Assembly: GCA_963845535.1 (NCBI GenBank)
Contig: CAWJSK010000015.1
Location: forward strand, 288,001 to 352,000
Origin: an uncultured Spirochaetota bacterium
GTDB taxonomy: Bacteria > Spirochaetota > Spirochaetia > SZUA-6 > Fen-1364
Direction of reading: 5' to 3'
DNA length: 64,000 bases
The position numbers and the translations under genes are program-made. A model generated the notes under the pieces. The model was not told the origin of the DNA, did not search any database, and worked only from the letters and a program-made list of their open reading frames with translations. Positions 19,174-28,937 of the stretch are shown here, piece by piece (the first letter of the stretch is position 1; every line of letters begins with the position of its first letter).

Positions 19174-19487
19174 ATGAAAAGGAGACCTGACGAAGCAGAC
19201 AAACTTTCGAAAGCAATAAGAGAGTTGCAGGTTGCGAGTCCTTATGGCTTCGATCTGTTCCTGTAGTTGAGCGTCAGGAAGGGAAAATAGTTTGGGAAGG
19301 AACTGTTGAAGTATTCTGGCTTCATGATCATCCGACTGCCCGGCTCTACTATGCGTGGTCCCACGTAATCGAAGGTTCGATGAGAAGTAGAAGTGTGGTT
19401 TTTTTGCATCAACCGCCTGTTGACTCATCCGAAGCGGTAGTTCGGGCGGCTATTGCTCAAGAATGTAGAAAACCCGAAACTCCTTGA
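19174..19487 (+). pseudogene. Hypothetical protein with a 1-bp deletion near 19229 (absent from ORF track)
   Basis: MKRRPDEADKLSKAIREL, then in the shifted frame GCESLWLRSVPV...VWEGTVEVF.L..HP.A...YAWSH...LHQPPVDS...VRAAI, recalled as a widespread small-protein pattern. Confidence 0.65.
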
Positions 19488-20132
19488 CCTCCCGAAGAGG
19501 CTTACTACAAAGGCTCTTTTCAACGATTATAGAGAACAATAGTTGTCCGTAAACTCTTGAACTTGGTCTCTCGGGGAAAACGGCTTCCGTGAGTTTTGCA
19601 AAATCACTGAACGCCGTACGCCATCCATGCTCAAGAAGATATGAATGCATCGCCGAAAACAACCGCAAATGGATCATCTGGTCCGTAGTGGCAGAAGACT
19701 CTTCGAGATTTGCAGTGCCTTTGTCCCTCTGCACTTTCTTTTTCAATATCCACCGGTTCATCCCACAAATACAAAAAGGTATATCTTCGGGGTTGATCTC
19801 TGAAAGTGTTTTCACTGGGTTATCTTTCCCTGAGATTATCCTTCTTCCTCTTTCCATCCATGGTCAAGAAAATATGAGCGCACCCACTCCACATCTATTT
19901 TATTCCGATCCGCGAATGCGCCCCTCCCCACGATAGTAGCCGAATCCTGATTCGATTGATGGTCGCAATCAACTTCAAAGGTATCGAAATACTTACGGAC
20001 TTCCCGAAACTCTTCCTCGATACGCACCGAAGGAGCAAACCAGCAAGAGAAGTAGTACTCTCGCTCCGTTTCAGGTTTGTTGCGGTCTGTCTTCACTCTT
20101 GAAAGGGTTCTTCTTACCTCTTGAGCTTCCAT
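19450..20132 (-). other. One or two overlapping hypothetical ORFs (19836-20132 and 19450-19857), possibly one broken gene
   Basis: Overlapping minus-strand ORFs, no recognised motif. Confidence 0.3.
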
Positions 20133-20707
20133 CTATGTCACCTTCCCCGGAATGCCCATCCAGGACTGAGATTAGTACATACACTCCGTTCGCTAAACAG
20201 TTCATTACTTTTTGAATGCACGTTTTTAGGACGTTTTACTCTGCACTTGGAAGGAAAGCCTGCTGCTGTCTACGAAGTAGAGACTATCAAGTTAGAAAAC
20301 CTATTGTTACACCAATCCGAGCGCTACACAAAGGGAATACTTTATTTTATTTGGTTCACTTACCCTATGCTTGGCACGTTCTATCCTCATACGGCATCAC
20401 ACTGGACGCATACAGGGTCAAGTCATCCAGGCGTTTTCGCTCTCTCATCGAGGTTGCTCTTGGATTGCTGCGCGAACGGAGGCGTCTTCTGTAGGGGTCC
20501 ACCGGACCAGAATTCGATTCAATGAGATTGAAACGCGCGCCAACTGAGCTTGGATTCAGGGCAAAAGGGGTGCTATGCTGCGTGACACCCTTTCTTATTC
20601 GCGCTTGGCGCACTCCTCCACGGGCACGAATGGAAACTGGCAGAGATCGTCCCAATGGGGTATTCTCAAAGAAACCTTAAATGACCTTCACAGGGAGGGT
20701 AGATTGA

Positions 20708-20767
20708 GTGGCAACAAACGGCTTCTCGGACAAAGTTGCATTCATCTGGCAAGTAGCTGATCTTCTC
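20708..20767 (+). pseudogene. hsdM: N-terminal scar of a type I restriction-modification HsdM gene
   Basis: GGAGG RBS then (M)ATNGFSDKVAFIWQVADLL, the typical HsdM FIW.VADLLRG start, after which similarity stops. Confidence 0.6.
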
Positions 20768-20858
20768 CTGGAGTCCGTGCCGCCAGATCGGCATGAGGAA
20801 GTGAGTCGATCAGTCGCCTTTGGGCAAAGGTTGGGCTTTCTAGGGGAGAACATTAGTT

Positions 20859-21338
20859 ATGGCAAAAAAGCTTTCCGATAATCAATACACTTTCAAAGTG
20901 AACCTAAAGGGCGCTAAAAGCATTTGGAGAACTCTCGTCCTTCGGGGCGACCACACCCTTCACGATCTACATGAAATGATCTATGAAGCGTTTAACCGCT
21001 ACGATGAACACTTGTACTCGTTTTATTTCCCAAAAGCAGCAGCACGAAGGGATAGGTTTGACTTCCAGCCAAAGGAATATTCATCACCTATTATGCTTGA
21101 GGAACCTGATCCCTTTTCTGAGAAAAGGCCCTTTAATGCAGCCAAAACAAAACTCGATTCTTTGCGTCTGAAAGTTGGTCAAACCTTTGAATACCTCTTT
21201 GACTTCGGGGATAACTGGATGCATGAAATCAAGGTCATAGCAACAGAACCCATAGACAAAACGGAGAAGAGCAAATTGCCGATGATCTCGGAGCGCCATG
21301 GTAACTCCCCTGCTCAGTATCCTCCGGAGGAAGAGTAG
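20859..21338 (+). CDS. Plasmid pRiA4b ORF-3 family protein
   Basis: IWRTL, TLHDLHEMI, DEHLYSF, YLFDFGDNWMHEI, G.SPAQY. Confidence 0.92.
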   Translation: MAKKLSDNQYTFKVNLKGAKSIWRTLVLRGDHTLHDLHEMIYEAFNRYDEHLYSFYFPKAAARRDRFDFQPKEYSSPIMLEEPDPFSEKRPFNAAKTKLDSLRLKVGQTFEYLFDFGDNWMHEIKVIATEPIDKTEKSKLPMISERHGNSPAQYPPEEE

Positions 21339-21711
21339 ACTATTGCCGCTTTAGAAGGGCTAACCTATCTTTGTATTTGGAGCTTTTCGAGTGAGCAAAT
21401 TCTCCCTTGAAATCGAAGCATCGTTTGTTGAAGGCTCGGAAAATGACATCCAGATGAACTCGATTCTTGTCCTCAACAACCCTGTTGAATGCCGAGTCGT
21501 CCGCAAAAGATTTCGAGACGGACAAACAGGACATTGAGCAAGAAATTGAGCGTATAAACTATGAGATAGACCGCCTCAACGCGGAGTTTGAACTAGGTAA
21601 ACTCTAGTGAGAATAGATTCTGTTTCTGGAAAGCGATTCCATGAACTTCCTCCATCTTGCTATTTCCTCAGAATCCTTAATAAACCTTCACTTTCCAGGC
21701 ATCCGGCGCAC

Positions 21712-22383
21712 TTACTTTGACGCTTCTTCGAGTTTCTTAAGGGCGTCAGTATCCGTCAGATAACGGTTGGCCTTCGCGTAATCAAGGGCTGTATATCCCT
21801 TGTTGTTTTTCACTTTCGCGTTCGCGCCAGCTTTTAAGAGAGCGATGATCATGTAGGGATTTTCATTCCTGCTTGCGGCTTGCATGAGCGGAGTAAAGCC
21901 GTTTTTGTCCTTCCCCTCCAAGTCCGCGCCCGCTTTCAGCAACCTCATGACCACTTCGGGGTTTTCGTTATACCCACAAGCGATCAAGAGTGGAGTGTTT
22001 CCCTCTTGGTCCTTGGCTTTGAGGTCTGCGCCAGCCTTCAGAAGGACCGTTATTACTTCGGCGTTCTTGGTGCCCTGGGCGGCGAGCATGAGAGTGGTCC
22101 AGTTCTTGTCATAATCGCGCATCTCAACATATGCACCCGCCTTCACGAGCGTGGCGGTCACTTCCGGGTCCTGATTGAACTGAGCGGCCCACATCACGAC
22201 CGTTTCATTTCCGTCAGCGTCTCGAGCGTTCACGTTCGCACCTTTTGCGATAGCAGCCTTTACCGCTTCTGGTGTGCCTGTCTTTGCCAACTCGAAGATG
22301 TCGGTCGATTGTGCATACGCCGAAGCTGAAATGAAGACCAGTAGAATCAAGATCGTGTAAGGCAATCTGGCTAGAGTTCTCAT
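21712..22383 (-). CDS. Secreted ankyrin-repeat protein
   Basis: Signal peptide (AYA-Q), repeated G.TPLM.A...N.NPEV...LLKAGA. Confidence 0.92.
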   Translation of the reverse strand: MRTLARLPYTILILLVFISASAYAQSTDIFELAKTGTPEAVKAAIAKGANVNARDADGNETVVMWAAQFNQDPEVTATLVKAGAYVEMRDYDKNWTTLMLAAQGTKNAEVITVLLKAGADLKAKDQEGNTPLLIACGYNENPEVVMRLLKAGADLEGKDKNGFTPLMQAASRNENPYMIIALLKAGANAKVKNNKGYTALDYAKANRYLTDTDALKKLEEASK

Positions 22384-22468
22384 ACACTTCCTCCTTCGGG
22401 CATGACGGGCTACGAGATAGGCCAATAAGGAGCAGCAAAAGATCGAATGCGCTCCGAGATTTCGGGAC

Positions 22469-22494
22469 GGGCTGAGGCGCGATAACCTCAGCCC
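22469..22494. terminator. Stem-loop downstream of the secreted paralogue pair
   Basis: GGGCTGAGG-N8-CCTCAGCCC perfect 9-bp stem; no U tract. Confidence 0.5.
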
Positions 22495-22506
22495 AATTTC
22501 GTTCCC

Positions 22507-23013
22507 TCAGAGCGGAGCCTTGAATTTGAGCTTCTCCACACAGTGGCCGATCAAGTAGATCGACCCATCCTTGAAGTTCGCTATATCACCTGTTACGGTT
22601 TCTATCGTCCCTTCCATGCCTGCGAACTTGCCGGTGGCAGCGACGATTTTCCCTCCACCCTTGCCGGGACCAGCGGCAGGAGTGTCCCAGATTTGCCAAA
22701 CGATCTTGTCTCCATCTTTGTCCATCAACGTAAGATAGCCGAAGTCGTGGACTACGTTCTTTTCCCCAAACAAGACAAGCTTGTTGTCCGCAGACATATT
22801 GTCTAGCGCTGCCACTTGCGGCGTGGAAACGTCGATTTTCACTCCCCGATAGTCAACCACTGCAACCCAATGGTCTTGATCAATGACCGTAACTTGTGGT
22901 GTTCCCGTCTGGTACAGTATTCCCTTAACAGTCATTTGGGTCTGGGCAAATACGACCCCTCCTAAAGCAAGCGTAAAGACCAACACGAATACAGCAAGTA
23001 CTCGCCACTTCAT
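22507..23013 (-). CDS. Secreted beta-rich protein, allene-oxide-cyclase/dirigent-like barrel (paralogue 2)
   Basis: AGGAGG RBS, MKWRV..VFA-QTQM signal, DKDGD, GKIVAATGKFAGMEG. Confidence 0.7.
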   Translation of the reverse strand: MKWRVLAVFVLVFTLALGGVVFAQTQMTVKGILYQTGTPQVTVIDQDHWVAVVDYRGVKIDVSTPQVAALDNMSADNKLVLFGEKNVVHDFGYLTLMDKDGDKIVWQIWDTPAAGPGKGGGKIVAATGKFAGMEGTIETVTGDIANFKDGSIYLIGHCVEKLKFKAPL

Positions 23014-23070
23014 ATTCCAACCTCCTACAGTTTTATTCCGGCAAGGCACCGCCTGCCCGGTTTCGCATTC

Positions 23071-23571
23071 CTACATCGGGTTTTTCAGCGTAAGGTTCCA
23101 AACCTCCTTGCAGATTGTGCGGCTTGAGTCTGGTGGAAAGCCTTTCGGAGTCGGTTGAAGAACAAAATCCACCGTCCCTTCCATCCCTGCGAACTTGCCG
23201 GTTGCCCCGATGAGCTTTCCTTTGCCTTTGTTGGTGCCAGCAGGGAAATCCCAAATCTCCCACACCAAGCTGTCGCCATCCTTGTCCATATGGGTTTCGT
23301 ATCCGTGGTATCGCGCAACCCCTTTATCCAAGTACATGATCATTGCAATGTGAGTCGCAAGGTTGTTGAAAGGGCCTTTCCCGCTGTCATCAACCCTCAC
23401 GCCGGACTGCTCCCCGATACCTACCAAATGGTCTTTATCGATGGGCATGAACTTCCATGTGATCGAGGCATAGTTGACACCTGTAGAGACCATTTGAGTT
23501 TGAGCAAAGACCTGTCCTCCCACACCGAGAGCCAAGACCAAACAAAGAACCGTCACTACTCGCCACTTCAT
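23071..23571 (-). CDS. Secreted beta-rich protein, allene-oxide-cyclase/dirigent-like barrel (paralogue 1)
   Basis: Same architecture: DKDGD, GKLIGATGKFAGMEG. Confidence 0.7.
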   Translation of the reverse strand: MKWRVVTVLCLVLALGVGGQVFAQTQMVSTGVNYASITWKFMPIDKDHLVGIGEQSGVRVDDSGKGPFNNLATHIAMIMYLDKGVARYHGYETHMDKDGDSLVWEIWDFPAGTNKGKGKLIGATGKFAGMEGTVDFVLQPTPKGFPPDSSRTICKEVWNLTLKNPM

Positions 23572-23621
23572 ACTTCGCCTCCTGTTTGAGATTCCCCTTC
23601 GTTTGGGGCTAATCCGACTCC

Positions 23622-23671
23622 ATTCTACGCTGCCTAATCGGTTAGCGTATGCGTAAGAACTACGTAATTTT
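23622..23671 (-). promoter_or_regulatory. Operator plus -10 element facing the secreted-protein genes
   Basis: Minus strand AAAATTACGTAGTTCTTACGCATACG-N18-TAGAAT. Confidence 0.75.
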
Positions 23672-23783
23672 CCGTTGACAAATGGAGGGAATGGAAGGAA
23701 AATACAACTCTCTTCCCAAAGTCAGTCACCATGGCTTGTCTCAAACATCACACCCCAGCACGGTGGGGCTTGGAGGCATCGCT

Positions 23784-24560
23784 ATGGATAAGGCAGAATT
23801 GCCTTGGCCTGGGCTGCGTGATTATTTCCTGCGCGTTAGCTCCTGCCAGTCCCGAGAAGATTTCATGCGTACCGCTTGCCTCGAAGTCCAGACACTCATC
23901 CCTTTCGATACTACTGCCAACATTTTCAGCATTACTGATCTTGCTCACATAGGCGGGATCGCACCGAGTGATATAGCAGCATCCTTCAATAGCTATTACC
24001 GCTTTAGGTTTCCGCCATTTTTCAAGGATTGGCATCATTCGCCAGAAATTATGGATTGGCGACCGATGGACAGTTCTGAGTTCGCTGTAGACTTTATGTG
24101 GCCCAACGGATGTTGGAAGAGTCTTAATCATCATCCCGTTCCAGGGCAACAAATCCGTCTTTCAATCCACAGGTCACGATCCAGTTCCAACTTTCTTGAA
24201 TCGGACGTAGATACCCTGGGTCTGGTTGACAGTTACCTGAATGGCATTTATTCAGCATTCGACAAAAAAGGGGACACACTCGATCCTAAACTCTCAGCCG
24301 AAGCAATAGCTGAAAGGTTTCCTCTCCTTTCACGCCGTGAAGCTGAGGTATCCTCTTTGATTGCCTGTCGGCTCAATACCGCCGAGATCGCCACCAATCT
24401 TTTCATCAGCCGTAGGACTGTGGAGAAGCACATAGAAAGCATTTTTGAAAAGCTCGATGTCCGTTCTCGGGAGCAGTTACGGTGGAGACTTGGCGTGACA
24501 CCACCCATAGGACTCTGGCGGCTGCAATACGGTGAAGAAAGTCTCCCCAAAATTACGTAG
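23784..24560 (+). CDS. LuxR-type HTH regulator with N-terminal GAF-like sensor region
   Basis: LSRREAEV...EIATNLFISRRTVEKHIESIFEKLDVRSR; GGAGG RBS before ATG 23784. Confidence 0.92.
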   Translation: MDKAELPWPGLRDYFLRVSSCQSREDFMRTACLEVQTLIPFDTTANIFSITDLAHIGGIAPSDIAASFNSYYRFRFPPFFKDWHHSPEIMDWRPMDSSEFAVDFMWPNGCWKSLNHHPVPGQQIRLSIHRSRSSSNFLESDVDTLGLVDSYLNGIYSAFDKKGDTLDPKLSAEAIAERFPLLSRREAEVSSLIACRLNTAEIATNLFISRRTVEKHIESIFEKLDVRSREQLRWRLGVTPPIGLWRLQYGEESLPKIT

Positions 24561-24598
24561 TTAATACGCATACGGCCAGCGAAACAAGATTGTAGAAT
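24549..24598 (+). promoter_or_regulatory. Operator plus -10 element facing the small LuxR gene
   Basis: AAAATTACGTAGTTAATACGCATACG-N18-TAGAAT; 24/26 identical to the left copy; contains the luxR stop codon. Confidence 0.75.
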
Positions 24599-24621
24599 GC
24601 ACTCCGGTCGAACCAGAGGTC

Positions 24622-24906
24622 TTGAAAGTGTCCAAGTATTTCACTTATCCCGCTCGCATCACCAAGTTCCTATCCAAGAGATTCCCCTCACTTTCTCGGC
24701 GAGAGATTGAAGTATGTTCCCTTGTTGCAGGGCGGCTCAGCACTTCCGAGGTTGCCACTTGCCTGTCTATCTGCAATAGAACTGTCGAGAAACACCTTGA
24801 AAGCATCTTTGAAAAACTCGAAGTCCATTCTCGTGAAGAGTTGAGGTTCAAAATAGGAGTTCAACTGCCTTGGGACATTTTGCATTCTGCAAGGAGGGTG
24901 GAATGA
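24622..24906 (+). CDS. Stand-alone LuxR HTH protein (close paralogue of the upstream C-terminal domain)
   Basis: RFPSLSRREIEV...RTVEKHLESIFEKLEVHSREELR. Confidence 0.8.
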   Translation: MKVSKYFTYPARITKFLSKRFPSLSRREIEVCSLVAGRLSTSEVATCLSICNRTVEKHLESIFEKLEVHSREELRFKIGVQLPWDILHSARRVE

Positions 24907-25268
24907 CGGTTTCACTCATCATTTCCGCTGATCTTGGTCTTTGTCCTTTCGGATGCAGTGCTGCCGTGGTGCCTCACGATCCCGTGGGTGTTGTGAGCGC
25001 GAAATTCGCTACAATAACACAAGGGTCAGGTTGATAAGGCAGCAAGCTATTTTTCTGATGATGCCCAATGGATTACTTCGCATTGTCAACCGAAAGGCAG
25101 GCAGAAGATAAGAGTCGCGATAATGTCGTTAGCTCAAGAAAAAAACCACACCGATATTCAAGATTTGACTGCGGATGGAGCAAATGTGACAGGAACGATT
25201 ACACAACATGGGTAGAGTACGAGAAGGGAGAAGTCCCGGACGAAAACCTCATTAGGTGCATCGGCTAA
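24903..25268 (+). pseudogene. Decayed SnoaL/NTF2-like exported protein
   Basis: Across frameshifts: hydrophobic leader and GC, DPVGVVSA, VDKAASYFSDDAQWIT...KGRQKIR. Confidence 0.4.
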
Positions 25269-25813
25269 CTCTTTGTGGTATAGGGGAAATGAACTTCTCT
25301 ACGTCCATGATATCCTCCCTTTTCTATCATGATAACATCCCCCAACGCACTGTCAATAAGTAGGTTTGGCATACGATGCGAAATGAGCTTCAAATTCTGC
25401 CGCTCGGACATTTTTCAAAAGAACAGTCTAGCGGATTGTTCCGAGCGTCATTAAGTCGTTCATTTAGGCTCTTTCACCCGTTCAATGTCCAGCTTTACAG
25501 TCTCTTGAGATTCGCAAGCACGGTTCCATCGACCATGAGATTCTCATTATAGGAGCCAAAGGATCCGGGGTTCCTACCTGTGATCCAAAGACTGCTTCAG
25601 GGCGTCTCATCGGTTCAGAGCAGGGCACAGCACAGTGCGAAGCCCAAGGAATACTACGGTAGAATTGTACCAGAAGGCCTTGGAGATGACCGGCTCTCAA
25701 GATTGCACTGATGAAAGGCGTTCAGCTGGCAGAATAGGTGTTGATGGAGAGGATTGCCCTATGCCGAGCCAGATTTCCAGGCCAAAATGGAAATCTCGGA
25801 TAAGGAGAATCGA

Positions 25814-26029
25814 ATGGAAATCGCATTCATTATAGTCGGCGGACTAGTTCTTATGACAGCCTTTGCCTCTGGTTTTGACTTTTTGACGAAAAGAAGGAAC
25901 AAGCTCGATAACGAGACAAAAGCGAAAGTTATTGAAATGGAAAAAAAGGTTGCAAATCTAGAACTTATGATTAATGACAAGAATGAGAGAATAGTTCGAC
26001 TCGAAAATGGGCTTGTCATTTCTAAATAG
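25814..26029 (+). CDS. Small single-TM coiled-coil protein
   Basis: AAGGAG RBS, N-terminal TM segment, heptad-rich C-terminus. Confidence 0.65.
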   Translation: MEIAFIIVGGLVLMTAFASGFDFLTKRRNKLDNETKAKVIEMEKKVANLELMINDKNERIVRLENGLVISK

Positions 26030-26726
26030 GCTACTTGAAAAGAAGTAGATAGAGAAAATAAAAGGCTATGTTTTCATAGCTTGACAAGAGAGCGCCTGTT
26101 CCGCTATACGCCCGTTAGATAAAAGAACCGCTGATTTGAGCCTCTGGCTTGCAGGGCGATATGGAAATACTCGCTAAAAGAAGGAAGGCAACTTGTTCTT
26201 CTTTTCAAAGAAAAAATCAGAAGGCACATCGGATATCAATCGTTCGCTTCTTCAACAAAGCGATGCCTCTGATGACAGCTTTTTCCTTCAAACGACCTTC
26301 AAAGGAATGAAGGTCGCTGGGCATATCAACTTCGTCTCATTCGATCTGCTTCAAGTTGAAATCGATAGCCCGTACTCGGACCTAAGGGATGGCTATTACA
26401 ACGATTTCGCAGAGATTCCCGAAAAATATTGGTACGTAAAAGACAATGGGATAACAGAGTTTTGCCGCAGGGACGCAAAGAAGCTCCTTATTCAACTCTA
26501 TCAAGCTGCTTATCTTTTCAACCACGAACCCCGCACCGTCCAAAAGGCGCTTCTACATGGCATCGAGCTTGGTAATGAATACTACGCTAACAAGGACGCT
26601 TCCAACAAGGAGATTGTTGTTCCTCGCCAGGCCTTCCTTCCACTCCTTACCACGCATGTTTGCCACTTCTCGCCAGAGACTGATGCCGGGCGCGGACACC
26701 CGGCGTGCCGCATAGCTTTGGGGTAG

Positions 26727-27524
26727 TTACACCTCGTCTGAAACAACATCAGATTCATCGATGATTGTGCGCCCCTGAGCAGCGCCTTCGAAAAGGGTAC
26801 GAAGGCATACACGATTGATACGCCGGGGAATGCCGAGGGAACGCTTATGGATTTCCGCTTTGGCATTATCTGAGAAGATCGGCGTTGGTCTGCCCGCGTG
26901 AGCGACGGCGTGGTCTATATATTCGCAGGAATCCTTGAGAGATAGAGCGGAGAACTCGACCCAGTGACGTATTCTCTGATGGACGGAGGCCAAGCGCGAA
27001 TAGCGTAAGGTCTCCTTGAGCTCGGGCTGACCGCAGAGGACGAAGGTGATCTTGGATTTGGAATCTGAGTCGAAGTTGACCAGATTCTTGACGGACAGGA
27101 GAGCCGACTCCTTCATGTCCTGCGCGTCATCGATGGCGACGACGGGCTTGCGGGGGTGCTCGGCAATGGACTTGAAATACAGGGCGCGTGCCTTTGCATA
27201 ATTGTAGGGCGGTTCCACGAGGAGGGAGAGAAGGATCGACTTGACGAGGTCTGCGGCGGAAAGGCCGAGGCCGCGGAGGTAGATCGGGGAGAAGCGATTG
27301 GGGTCCAGTGCGGCGATGAAAGATCGCAGTGCAACGGACTTGCCCGAGCCGATGGGACCTGAGATGAGAAGGATATCCTCGCATTCGACGCCCAGAGAGA
27401 GCATGGCCACCGCGTTGGCCAGCGACGGGGAGGGGAATGCGTCGGGGCTTTCAAAATCCTTATCGAAGGGCATACGGAGGAAACCGTAGAAGTTCATGAC
27501 GGGATGAGCGGTGGTGGTGGTCAT
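26727..27524 (-). CDS. ExeA/TnsC-like AAA ATPase
   Basis: Walker A GPIGSGKS, Walker B VAIDDAQ, LCGQPEL, GIPRRIN; ATGA overlap with transposase. Confidence 0.92.
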   Translation of the reverse strand: MTTTTAHPVMNFYGFLRMPFDKDFESPDAFPSPSLANAVAMLSLGVECEDILLISGPIGSGKSVALRSFIAALDPNRFSPIYLRGLGLSAADLVKSILLSLLVEPPYNYAKARALYFKSIAEHPRKPVVAIDDAQDMKESALLSVKNLVNFDSDSKSKITFVLCGQPELKETLRYSRLASVHQRIRHWVEFSALSLKDSCEYIDHAVAHAGRPTPIFSDNAKAEIHKRSLGIPRRINRVCLRTLFEGAAQGRTIIDESDVVSDEV

Positions 27525-28900
27525 GGGGCATCCTTTGGGGAGAGCTTTGAGTAAGCAACGGGGGAGAGATTTTCGGTGAGCATACGGGCGTGCTGCTCGC
27601 GGAGCACTTGGAAATAGTTGGAGGCATGGGAGCTGACCTGGCGGTTGGCGGCCTTGGATTCCTCGGGAAGAGCGGTGGCGGTTCTGTTGACCAGCTTGGA
27701 GACGGAGGTCGTCTCTGCGCACACTCTGTCCTTGAAGATGAAGAGGCGCGAGAGGTCGAACGGATCGTAGCGCGCTTCCACTACGGAGCCGTGGGGCGCG
27801 CAGGTGACAGGGTATTCGTTGGACTCGCACTTGATCTTGCCGTACTTGGTGACGGTACGGCTGACGCGCATGAGGAAGAGGGCTTCGAACCAGGCGATGT
27901 CGGCGACGCGGCGGATTTCCTTATGCAACGCGTTGGCGAAACGCCTGTCAGGAGCCTCGCCGGTCTGGGAATGGATGCGGAGGTTGTACTCGAGGTCGAC
28001 CCAGGCGGCGAAAGCGGAGTTGAGCTCTTCGAGGGTCTTGAAGCCGGCGCGCTGGGCTTCGCCCTGGAAGTCGTTTTTGATGGTCTTGTTGACCGCTTCG
28101 ACCTTGCCTTTGCAGTAGGCCTGGTAGGGCTTGTGGTGAAGCTTGGCCGTTTTGAGCTGGCCGAGGATCCAGGCGAACTGCTTGGCGATGTAAACCGAAC
28201 CGTTATCCAGATAGACCTTGAGAGGAATGCCCCAGCGAAGGACCAAGCGTTTGAAGGTGTCCTCCATGCGGGGGAGCTTTTCGTCGAAGTAGTACCTGCC
28301 CGAGAGAATCTTGCGGGAATAGTCGTCGATCCAGACGAAAAGGTAGGTCTTCCTCTTGCCGTCCTTTGTGTCCAGCCAGATGCCGTCGCGGGCGTCGCCC
28401 TGAACAAGATCCAGAGGGCGTGCGGCCTGGAAGCGGTGGTAGGACATGCGTCCGTCTTCGCACAACAGCGCATATCGTGCCTTCTGTGATAGGCCGTGCT
28501 CGAGAAGGAAGCGGTAGATCGAGCGATCGGATACCTTCTGGACGCTTTGCGCCAACCGCGAATCGACCGCGAGAAGCTTGCGAAGCTTGGGCACGGTGCG
28601 CTGGGGCCGTTCCTTGACAAGGGCGAGGATGGCCTCGGCGAGCTCGCGGTTGTGAATCCTCGGGGACGGAGTGTGCACGCGCGGCATGAGGAAGGCTTGC
28701 GCTCCGCCCTGCCTGTAACGGGCGATGTAGTTGCGGATCGTCCTATCCGAGAGGCCGTAGCGTGAGCGGTACTCATCGCGGAGTTGTCTGCGTTCCTTCA
28801 GGGACAGAGATTCATCGGCAAGGGATTCGACGAGTTCGAGGATGTTGGCGCTTTTCTCGAAATGGGCCTCCGACAGGCTCTGCCAGTCGTTCTCAGCCAT
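27521..28900 (-). CDS. DDE transposase (rve core, Mu-like C-terminal domain)
   Basis: N-terminal HTH, QGD...IDDYSR...LDNG...KGKVE, YNLRIHSQTGEAP, RYDPFDL. Confidence 0.95.
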   Translation of the reverse strand: MAENDWQSLSEAHFEKSANILELVESLADESLSLKERRQLRDEYRSRYGLSDRTIRNYIARYRQGGAQAFLMPRVHTPSPRIHNRELAEAILALVKERPQRTVPKLRKLLAVDSRLAQSVQKVSDRSIYRFLLEHGLSQKARYALLCEDGRMSYHRFQAARPLDLVQGDARDGIWLDTKDGKRKTYLFVWIDDYSRKILSGRYYFDEKLPRMEDTFKRLVLRWGIPLKVYLDNGSVYIAKQFAWILGQLKTAKLHHKPYQAYCKGKVEAVNKTIKNDFQGEAQRAGFKTLEELNSAFAAWVDLEYNLRIHSQTGEAPDRRFANALHKEIRRVADIAWFEALFLMRVSRTVTKYGKIKCESNEYPVTCAPHGSVVEARYDPFDLSRLFIFKDRVCAETTSVSKLVNRTATALPEESKAANRQVSSHASNYFQVLREQHARMLTENLSPVAYSKLSPKDAP

Positions 28901-28937
28901 GCATCTGACCTCCTTCGGTCGTGATGCACACCCTTTA

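Noticed and set aside
23646..24574. Invertible (phase-variable) segment between the 26-bp inverted repeats
   Set aside because: The matched -10 elements lie outside the repeats at identical spacing, which fits twin promoters better; no adjacent invertase. Not fully excluded without read data
26040..26120. Integron attC site ending in GTTAGAT
   Set aside because: No complementary RYYYAAC box or paired stem, no IntI-type integrase, and neighbouring genes are in mixed orientation
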